Shown one piece after another: positions 56,605-64,000 of a stretch of DNA of 64,000 nucleotides. The notes beneath the pieces were generated by a model. The model did not search any database and had not been told where the DNA came from. It saw only the letters and a program-made list of their open reading frames with translations. Origin of the DNA: Candidatus Altimarinota bacterium (lineage in GTDB: Bacteria; Patescibacteriota; Gracilibacteria; 1-14-2-50-48-13); NCBI GenBank assembly GCA_046314355.1, contig JBKBWQ010000001.1, forward strand, positions 1,280,001 to 1,344,000. Reading direction: 5' to 3'. How positions within the stretch are numbered: position 1 is the stretch's first letter; each line of letters opens with the position of its first letter. A program made the position numbers and the translations under genes.

Positions 56605-58989
56605 TTACTTCTTAGCTAGAGCAATTGAAAGGATCTTTGCAGCTTCACCACGTGTGATGGAAGCATTTGGTCTAAAGAGAGCAGCTTTATCTATAAGTCC
56701 TTTCTCAAGAGCTACTGCAATGTATGGAGCTGCCCAGTCCTGTGCTCGTACATCTGTGAAAGGAATGGATGCGGTTCCCCGAATCCCTGGGAACATTGAG
56801 TTTATCACCACCTTGATAAATTCTGCACGAGTGATATCTCTAGCAGGTTCAAAAAGCCCAGCCTGTGTTCCGCTGAAAATATTCTGTTCCCGGGCAAGTC
56901 CCACAAATTTTGCGTACCAGCTCTGCATCGGTACATCAGGAAACCCTAGGTAGGTGAATGCAGGATTCTTCTTTTTAAAATCATTGATATAGATGTCTGA
57001 GGCGGAGGTCTGATTTGTTGCTGCAATAATAAGTTTTGCTGCTTCGGCCCTATTGAGCTGCCCATTTGGCACAAACGTAGTAGCAGTTCGTCCCTGAATG
57101 ATTCCTTTACTAGAGAGTTCTGCGATATATGTTTTTGCAAAATGCGTGGAAATATCTGTGAATAGTGGGGCAGATGGACGTACATTGGTAACCACTGATG
57201 TATTTGCATTTTGTGAAGGAATAAAGCTTCCTCCTGCATAGCTACCTCCTGCATAGCTACCTCCTCCGGAGCTTCCTGTGGAATAGTTAGGGAGAGAGGG
57301 CGTTCCTACCGGAGCATTATTTTGTGTCGTATTTGGTGGTGTTGGTGGAGTATTCTGATTTGGAATTTGAGGGATGCTCGTATTCGTAATCGGGTTTGAA
57401 TTCTGCGTAGGATTAGTAGTTACAGGAGGAACATTCTCTGGTTCTTCCGGTATGGTATTTTCGCTACCCTGTGGTGTTGTAGGTTCTTCTGCTTCTTCAT
57501 CCACAATAATATTCCCATTTGTAGGAGTGTTCTTATTATCATTAGGAACTACTTTTTCTTTTGTCCGGCTGCAAAGAGCTGTATGACCATACATACAGTT
57601 TTTAAAATCCTCTACGGCTTCAAGTTTCCCGAAGCCCCATTTTTTTGTCGGCATCAGATATGCACCTTCTCCCATTTCATTCCAGGACTGGATGGTAAGC
57701 ATCTGAAAAGGAAGATCCTGCTTCTTCTTTGTCAAGAATCGGCCAGCGAGTTCCAGAAGTTCTCTAAACTGCTGAGGATCATCCTGTATAAATTGTGTTC
57801 GTGAATCATAACTCCAAGGTTCCATATTACGGCCTACGAATACTGTAGGGAAGTATGGGATAGGAGTAACTGTAGAGGCCATTGCCGTATAGAGACTTGC
57901 AACGGTTTCCTTATATCTTGTAAAGACAGCAGGACCTCCTACATTTACATTAAAGTGTGTCCAGCCGGTTACTGCATCAGCACCTAATGTTCTAGCTTTA
58001 GTAAGAGCACTTGTGGAGAAATCATCATTTATAAAGAAAATGTAGCCTGAATACTCTGCTTTAAGTTTATCCATATATGCTTTTACGAGACAGTCTGTCC
58101 ACGGAGAATTGTTGGTAGTTGGGTATGCACCGCAAGCTTGAGTCTCAGGTGAAAAACTGGGGGAAGCAAACTCAGTATGTGTGGTCTTTAGCAGAGCGAG
58201 AGCGGTCTGATCTGTAAATATACAGTCTGCCCAGGCAGGTCGGGAGGAAGTACTTGCCGGAAAAGTTCCGCATGCAGTAGAGTTAAGCTGAGTACTTAAA
58301 GTATTCTGTGTGCCTTTTAGCAATATCGCATCTCTGAATGCTTTCTTTGTGGCATTCAGGAAATTGGATTTGAGATATGTTGGACTCCAGAAAACTATGA
58401 TATTTTTCCCATCCGGAGTTTTGAGGTAGTTAGGATCTGAAAAGTACTCATTCTTCCAGTAATTCGCAAGATTCATGAGCTCAGCCATGGATTGTCCATC
58501 TGTGTAGGTATCATGATTTGCCCACACGAGATTAAATTTCAGACGGTTATTGTTTACCTTTTTGAAGTTTTTAATGGCATATGCTGAGGTCTGCCGCTCA
58601 GTAGAATATGTAGGGTTACCAAGAGGTTCACTAAACTGTTCAAGCCACATATAATCTATCCCATGGGAACTTGCCCATTCTATCTCTTTATCCATAAACG
58701 CCTCTGATCCAGTATCTTCCCAGCCTGTAACATACTCTCTTTCAGGATTATTTTTTCTCAAATTATAAGTAGCATTCCATGCATTTGCATCTTCACGCCA
58801 TCCTGGAAAGTAATACATACCTATGAGAGGTTTGTCCTTTGACAGTGCAACAGTTGAACCTGAAGAAGTAATAAGATTGGACTGAAAAAGACCTCCGTTC
58901 AAATCAAAGAGAACTACTCCAGCTGTGATAAGTGTAACCGCGAAGAGAGTGCCGAGAAGAATTTTATTTTTATGTAGAAAAGTATTCAT
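56605..58989 (-). CDS. GH99-like (WbsX) glycoside hydrolase with Pro/Asn/Thr linker and three SLH domains
   Basis: GMYYFPGW, EIEWASSHGID, LVWANH, SWNEMGEG; C-terminal FTD..NRAEAAK / TRAEFIK / TRGEAAK. Confidence 0.85.
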   Translation of the reverse strand: MNTFLHKNKILLGTLFAVTLITAGVVLFDLNGGLFQSNLITSSGSTVALSKDKPLIGMYYFPGWREDANAWNATYNLRKNNPEREYVTGWEDTGSEAFMDKEIEWASSHGIDYMWLEQFSEPLGNPTYSTERQTSAYAIKNFKKVNNNRLKFNLVWANHDTYTDGQSMAELMNLANYWKNEYFSDPNYLKTPDGKNIIVFWSPTYLKSNFLNATKKAFRDAILLKGTQNTLSTQLNSTACGTFPASTSSRPAWADCIFTDQTALALLKTTHTEFASPSFSPETQACGAYPTTNNSPWTDCLVKAYMDKLKAEYSGYIFFINDDFSTSALTKARTLGADAVTGWTHFNVNVGGPAVFTRYKETVASLYTAMASTVTPIPYFPTVFVGRNMEPWSYDSRTQFIQDDPQQFRELLELAGRFLTKKKQDLPFQMLTIQSWNEMGEGAYLMPTKKWGFGKLEAVEDFKNCMYGHTALCSRTKEKVVPNDNKNTPTNGNIIVDEEAEEPTTPQGSENTIPEEPENVPPVTTNPTQNSNPITNTSIPQIPNQNTPPTPPNTTQNNAPVGTPSLPNYSTGSSGGGSYAGGSYAGGSFIPSQNANTSVVTNVRPSAPLFTDISTHFAKTYIAELSSKGIIQGRTATTFVPNGQLNRAEAAKLIIAATNQTSASDIYINDFKKKNPAFTYLGFPDVPMQSWYAKFVGLAREQNIFSGTQAGLFEPARDITRAEFIKVVINSMFPGIRGTASIPFTDVRAQDWAAPYIAVALEKGLIDKAALFRPNASITRGEAAKILSIALAKK

Positions 58990-58996
58990 AAATGAA

Positions 58997-60304
58997 TTAT
59001 CTCAGATGAGAAGTAAGGAGATCAATGTATGCAGTGCCGTATGTTTTTGTCGGGAGCAGCAGGTTACCTGTTTTGTAATTATTCCAGTCTCCTGCAGTGA
59101 CGAGATATCCTTCAGGATAGGTTCTCTGAAAGATTGCTTCAACAGTATCCAGCAGAGATTCGTATAATTTTGGTGAACCTGCCATGACAGTAGTATCAAA
59201 ACTATTTTCCATATAGAAACTATCATGTGCCACGATCATTGAAGGGAATACAGGTATACCTGGTTTGAGTTTCAGTGCACTATTCCAGAGACGGACTGCT
59301 GATTCTCTGAATGTCTCGTAATATACCCATGAGGAAGTCTGTTTAACCCATGGCAGATATTTGTCCCCGATAACACCTTTAAAGCCCAAAGATACGAGTG
59401 TATTTGCTCTCTCTGAGATCACAGGCTTGTTTTTTAGGTACTGTGCAAAGTAGTTTGCGTTGAAGAGTCTATACTCTGTACTGCCTCCTCCGACCGGACT
59501 AATGCTACAGTGAGAAAGTGGATTGAATCCATTCGCATAGACAAGATTTTCAATGTCATTAAATGCTTTTCCATATACTTCCTTGTCACAAGGGAAGAGA
59601 GCGCTTTCCTGGATTAATCCGTTTACTGCTGAGGAAAGTCCTGTACCTGAGAGACCGGCAACAGCCGTAGTGGTTGCTGGTGTTTTAAAAAGATCAGACA
59701 CTGCGTAGAATCGTAGTTGAGCGTATGCTGGATCCTTTAGAAGAGTGGAGAGCTGACTCCTTTCTTCTGGAGTTGCAGTATTAAAATCATATGAAATATA
59801 GACCGGTATACCTGCTGAAGCGCTTTTGAAAAGGGTTGTTTCGCCGCTTATAGCAGAAACTGCTGTTTTCCACTGTTCTTGAAAGAGAATAATATCTTTC
59901 AAAGCGAACTGCGGTATAAAGCGAAATTCACCTTCATTCAATAAGGACTTCATACGTGAGAATGCCTGTGTTTCTGCTATTCCAGTATTATTTACGGTAA
60001 GTGGAAGTATAAAATACTTGAGACCTGTAGTTTTTGCAGCAAGTATTTCTTTTTTTATAAAGGCTGTTGTACCAACCTCCGTATACCCCTCCTTCGGAGC
60101 ACGCTCAGGGTACACTATTCTGAGATCATTTTCCCCACTTATCCATGAGGGATTTTCAGTAGCATAGGAGAGATCATAATACGCTCCTGCCTGAACGCCA
60201 TCTGAAGTACTTTGAGCGGTACTTTGCATAGGTGTGGCAAAGATACTGGTAGAGAGTGTCAGAAGGGTGATAATAAACAGTGTTTTTTTGTGTAGTATAT
60301 GCAT
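58997..60304 (-). CDS. Secreted GH99/WbsX-like protein with degenerate active-site motif
   Basis: Signal peptide; GAYY, PERAP.EGY, EI.AAK..GL.YF, FPSMIV, DWNNYKTG..LLPTK.YG are collinear with the neighbouring gene. Confidence 0.65.
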   Translation of the reverse strand: MHILHKKTLFIITLLTLSTSIFATPMQSTAQSTSDGVQAGAYYDLSYATENPSWISGENDLRIVYPERAPKEGYTEVGTTAFIKKEILAAKTTGLKYFILPLTVNNTGIAETQAFSRMKSLLNEGEFRFIPQFALKDIILFQEQWKTAVSAISGETTLFKSASAGIPVYISYDFNTATPEERSQLSTLLKDPAYAQLRFYAVSDLFKTPATTTAVAGLSGTGLSSAVNGLIQESALFPCDKEVYGKAFNDIENLVYANGFNPLSHCSISPVGGGSTEYRLFNANYFAQYLKNKPVISERANTLVSLGFKGVIGDKYLPWVKQTSSWVYYETFRESAVRLWNSALKLKPGIPVFPSMIVAHDSFYMENSFDTTVMAGSPKLYESLLDTVEAIFQRTYPEGYLVTAGDWNNYKTGNLLLPTKTYGTAYIDLLTSHLR

Positions 60305-60312
60305 GGTAATAT

Positions 60313-62280
60313 TTATTTTACGTAGAAGCATTCAGGTTTCTCCGGAGTGGAGACACAGGAGATAAAGTCTGCAATAGAACTCAGCGTTGACGTTCGTGCT
60401 TCAGAAGGCACGAGAGTAGATCCGTGAAGATAATCATTCCATGAATCCATCAGAATGAGTTGATGGACAGGCTGGAGATAAGTAATAGCATTCTTTGCAG
60501 TATGCAGTGCTGTTGTGAGAGCGGTATCTATATTGCTAGTAAGCGTCACGCCTCCTGTCATATCTTCCCGACCTGTAAGTACTGAAGGGAATAATGCAAA
60601 ACCTATGCTTGCTCCGGGAGCTTTTTCTGTAGTAATATCATTCAGCTCTGTCTCCATCACTTTCTGATAGATATCATATGGTGCAGTGTTCCAGCCCTCT
60701 TTACTTTTAAAGGTAGAGAGATAATTTCTCTTCATTGCACCTTCAAAACCAAGACCGTAAAGGTATCTTGTCCATGTAGGTCTTGGGGTGTCTGTACCTG
60801 AACGTGTTTCTGTAAAATCTCTGCTGTCATCAAAGAGAATAATACTAAACGCATTGAGTTGAGACTGTAGTATGGCAGTAAGTGCTTTGATATTTTCTGG
60901 AGTGAGCTTTTTTTGCTCAAGGAGATTATATGATGAGAGAAAAATGATCGGCTGTCCTGTAGCAGTTTTTAGATATGCCTGTTGTGAAGTATGATTTTTA
61001 AGAGAAAGTACTCTTGTCTTGAATGCTTCAGGAGAAGCTACGTCTGCCTCTGTCAGATTCCAAAGTAGTGCAAAGTCCATCTGTCCGTTGCTCTGGGAAA
61101 CAAAATCAGAGATGCTTTCTTCCTGCATACTTTGTCCTGCAGCCATTGCCGCATCCCATGACCACTCTAGAGCAAAGAAGTTGAGATGAGCCTTTGATGC
61201 TTCATTGATATCGCGCTTCATCCGTTCTGTATTTGAAAGCGTAGAGAAATCTGCAGGGAGGTATTTTGCTTTTGCAGAGAGAAGTGTATTTTTTTCTGCC
61301 TGATCTTTCCATGAGGAACTATAAATAGCTCCATAGCGTAATGGTTTTGGAGTTGGTACCAGGGTCTGGTTACCCGAAATGAGCCGAAGATCTACATCAT
61401 CAATGAAGACAGTAGCATTTTTTCCTCCATAATATCTTTCAAGCTGCTCGGGAGTTGTGCAGCCATTACTATGACTTGCCTCATCTTTTTTAAAACAGAT
61501 CTTCTGAAATTGAATACCCATGCCTGGAAGAGGTACGATGGCAGGTCCCCCGATAGCACTGGTTTGTTCACGAGTAGGTCTTTTATCTCCGGAGATAGTG
61601 AATGTACAGCTTATTTTCTGCCAGGTATTCCATATTTCACTGTCCTTACCATGGTATTTTCTGCTCACAGTAGTACTTCCCGGAACAGGACTCAGCTCAT
61701 TTTCTTTTGCGCTGTCGAGTCTGAAGAGGTTGTAAATGTTAGCATTGTTTGCACTTACCTTTGAGAGAGTTGGGTCATCATTCTTTACACATGATGCATT
61801 ACCCATGGTAAAATTTCCGGACCCCACATCTACTTGTATTCCTTCAGCATAGTAATCTGTATCTGCTTTCGTAAGGGCACCTCTGTCGGCTTTGAGATAT
61901 GCTGTGAGCTGATAAGTGCTTCCTATTTCCGGAATAATCCTTACTGTCTGTCTGAGATGAAGTCCTGAGAGTGCTACAGATTTGTTTCCTGATCTTTTCT
62001 GGAGAGTTGTAATATGTGCATCTGCAATATTTTGTGTATTTGTAGGAGACCTTGTCCAGGGATTGTTTTCATATGGTGCGGCGACACCGCCTATCTCAGT
62101 TTCTTCAAAACCGCCATCTCCTAGAAGATTCCCTGAAGCAGAGACTGGAGAGTATCCTCCTCTTTGCATATCTACGGATGCCCTCAGGAGATTTCCCTGT
62201 ACCGAAAAACCCAGCAATCCTATGCAGAGAACGGTAAGTCCTGCATGAAATGCTTTGTGTTTGAGAAAAGAAGCGTTCAT
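60313..62280 (-). CDS. Secreted protein: CBM-like jelly-roll plus degenerate GH99/WbsX-like domain
   Basis: NLLGDGGFE...FIDDVDL CBM-like bracket; GAIY...W, DI.EA..AHLNFFALEW, FALLW, SWNDYLHG..LVP. Confidence 0.65.
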   Translation of the reverse strand: MNASFLKHKAFHAGLTVLCIGLLGFSVQGNLLRASVDMQRGGYSPVSASGNLLGDGGFEETEIGGVAAPYENNPWTRSPTNTQNIADAHITTLQKRSGNKSVALSGLHLRQTVRIIPEIGSTYQLTAYLKADRGALTKADTDYYAEGIQVDVGSGNFTMGNASCVKNDDPTLSKVSANNANIYNLFRLDSAKENELSPVPGSTTVSRKYHGKDSEIWNTWQKISCTFTISGDKRPTREQTSAIGGPAIVPLPGMGIQFQKICFKKDEASHSNGCTTPEQLERYYGGKNATVFIDDVDLRLISGNQTLVPTPKPLRYGAIYSSSWKDQAEKNTLLSAKAKYLPADFSTLSNTERMKRDINEASKAHLNFFALEWSWDAAMAAGQSMQEESISDFVSQSNGQMDFALLWNLTEADVASPEAFKTRVLSLKNHTSQQAYLKTATGQPIIFLSSYNLLEQKKLTPENIKALTAILQSQLNAFSIILFDDSRDFTETRSGTDTPRPTWTRYLYGLGFEGAMKRNYLSTFKSKEGWNTAPYDIYQKVMETELNDITTEKAPGASIGFALFPSVLTGREDMTGGVTLTSNIDTALTTALHTAKNAITYLQPVHQLILMDSWNDYLHGSTLVPSEARTSTLSSIADFISCVSTPEKPECFYVK

Positions 62281-62445
62281 ATGTGTTTTTGTTATGTCTT
62301 CCTATTGTATCATGGTGCTATTTTCTTTGTAAAGAATGTGAGTACAGCCGTATCTACTTTAGTCAGGCGTAAAACCTCCTCTTGATTTGGATCTCTATTC
62401 AGACTAGACTTTCTCTGACTTTAGATACTTGTGATTATTATATAT

Positions 62446-63495
62446 ATGAAGGCAGTTCTTCTCGCAGCAGGAAAGAGTACACGTACTTATCCTCTTACTA
62501 CCAATATTCCAAAACCTCTTCTGCCTATTATAGGAAAAGAAATTATTTCGTATACTATTGATGGTCTCTCTGATGAGATCGTAGAATGGTATATTATTCT
62601 AGGCTTTGAAGGCGAAAAGGTGCAGGAGTATCTCAAGGAAAAATATCCGGCGCTTATTCTTCATTTTATCCATCAAAAGGGAATGAGAGGTACCGGAGAA
62701 GCTCTAGCTCTGCTCTCTGAAGAACTTAAAGGAGAATCTTTTATAGTGCTTAATGGAGATGATCTTTATTTCCCTGAGGATGTAAAAGGTCTGATGAAAT
62801 CAGATACAAAATACGGAGTACTCGCAGCTCATGCTGAGGATCCATCAAGATTTGGAGTATTTCGCATTCAGGGTGAAACACTTATTGAGCTTATAGAAAA
62901 ACCAGCGGAATACATCTCCAACCTTGTAAATGTAGGTGTATATAAGCTTCATGGAGATATTTTTAAATATGAATTAACTCTCTCTCCTAGAGGTGAATAT
63001 GAGATTGTGGAGTATATTAATAGGCTGCTCCGGGATGGAGAAGAGGTGAGAGTAGAAAAGATGGAAGGATATTGGCTTCCTATTACGTACCCTTGGGATA
63101 TTTTAAAGGCGCAGAGACATTTATTGGAAAAAGGAGATGTGAGAAATATTATCCCTGTCAGTGCGGAGCTTCACTCTACGGCGTATATTGGACAGAATGT
63201 GGTCATAGGTGAGCACTGTGTGATCGGAGAAAACGTGGAACTTGAAGATGTCTGCCTCTTTGATTATGTAAAAATAGATGCAAACTCCCGCATACACGGA
63301 TCTGTGATTGCAAAGAATGTGCATATTACAGAGACGACTATTGTGGATGGCGCAAGTTCAGGATTTATTATGCTGCCGATCGGAGGTAAAGAGCATGTCT
63401 CTATCAATCCTGAATATAAGGGAATCTTTACTGAGTCACATCTCGAAGTCTCTGGGTTCTATGTAGAGCCTACTTTCATTATCAAAAAAGTATAA
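62446..63495 (+). CDS. Sugar-phosphate nucleotidyltransferase with hexapeptide C-terminus (GlmU-like)
   Basis: KAVLLAAGKSTRTYPLT..PKPLLPI, LNGDD, EKP, SPRGEYEI, IGQNVVIGEHCVIG. Confidence 0.9.
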   Translation: MKAVLLAAGKSTRTYPLTTNIPKPLLPIIGKEIISYTIDGLSDEIVEWYIILGFEGEKVQEYLKEKYPALILHFIHQKGMRGTGEALALLSEELKGESFIVLNGDDLYFPEDVKGLMKSDTKYGVLAAHAEDPSRFGVFRIQGETLIELIEKPAEYISNLVNVGVYKLHGDIFKYELTLSPRGEYEIVEYINRLLRDGEEVRVEKMEGYWLPITYPWDILKAQRHLLEKGDVRNIIPVSAELHSTAYIGQNVVIGEHCVIGENVELEDVCLFDYVKIDANSRIHGSVIAKNVHITETTIVDGASSGFIMLPIGGKEHVSINPEYKGIFTESHLEVSGFYVEPTFIIKKV

Positions 63496-63496
63496 T

Positions 63497-63901
63497 ATGA
63501 ACTACTGGCTTGTAAAAACAGAACCCAGCACTTTTTCTTATAGCGATCTTGAAAAGGATAAGAAAGCAGTATGGGATGGAGTACGCAATTACCAGGCACG
63601 GAATAACCTGAAACTTATGAAAAAAGGAGATCAGGTGTTTGTCTATCATTCAGTGGATCAAAAGGCAATCGTGGGTATAGCAGAAGTGAGCAAAGAATAT
63701 TATCCAGATCCGACCATTGATGACGACCGCTGGGTAGTAGTAGAAATCGTTCCCGTGAGAGCAGCCAAGACACCGATTACGCTAGATCAGATCAAGTCTG
63801 CGAAGGGCTTGGAAAATATGGTGGTAGTCCGTAATTCCAGACTTTCAGTACAGCCCGTAAAGAAAGAAGAATTTGATGCTATCTTAAAAATGGGAGTGTA
63901 A
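63497..63901 (+). CDS. EVE domain protein
   Basis: YWLVKTEP..FS, WDGVRNYQARNNL, YHS, SRLSVQPV. Confidence 0.95.
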   Translation: MNYWLVKTEPSTFSYSDLEKDKKAVWDGVRNYQARNNLKLMKKGDQVFVYHSVDQKAIVGIAEVSKEYYPDPTIDDDRWVVVEIVPVRAAKTPITLDQIKSAKGLENMVVVRNSRLSVQPVKKEEFDAILKMGV

Positions 63902-64000
63902 TCTTTTCTCTCTCTTTTTTATTTTTCCAATACGCGCTATACTATCCATATACACGTTTGTCACTAAATTATTGCTATGTATAAAAAAATTTTTGCTGGA

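Noticed and set aside
63978-64000. Start of a further plus-strand CDS (ATG TAT AAA AAA ATT TTT GCT)
   Set aside because: Only 7 codons lie inside the window, so it cannot be supported or assigned

Overview
AT-rich bacterial chromosomal segment using genetic code 11. TGA ends several genes, and a 6,307-codon Gly-rich ORF has no in-frame TGA. Gene content and style suggest Patescibacteria/CPR, Peregrinibacteria/Gracilibacteria-like (inference): many SLH and secreted surface proteins, a giant adhesin-like protein, and mostly Shine-Dalgarno-less, pyrimidine-rich leaders. Housekeeping or common accessory genes include RicT/PSP1, HIT, two GT2s, two ABC-F ATPases, PIF1 helicase, DnaQ-like exonuclease, Alr, TopIB, an NTP-transferase, EVE and tRNA-Ala(TGC). 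Main unusual items: (1) a 19-kb gene for a membrane-anchored surface protein with 7 seven-bladed disulfide propellers and 18 FN3-like modules; (2) a cluster of stand-alone orphan genes (13.7-18.7 kb) with strong AGGAG ribosome-binding sites unlike their neighbours, four of them behind TTGACA-16bp promoters; (3) a MazG-like + DUF2075 nuclease-helicase pair facing a wHTH-like protein with an SSB-type C-terminal tail (candidate defence locus); (4) an unannotated frameshifted GIY-YIG nuclease inside 25-bp inverted repeats; (5) a three-gene GH99/WbsX-like cluster with one intact and two degenerate catalytic motifs; (6) (TAAG)n tracts at two convergent gene junctions. No CRISPR array, rRNA, integrase or reverse transcriptase was seen. 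Family assignments come from motif recognition, not database searches.
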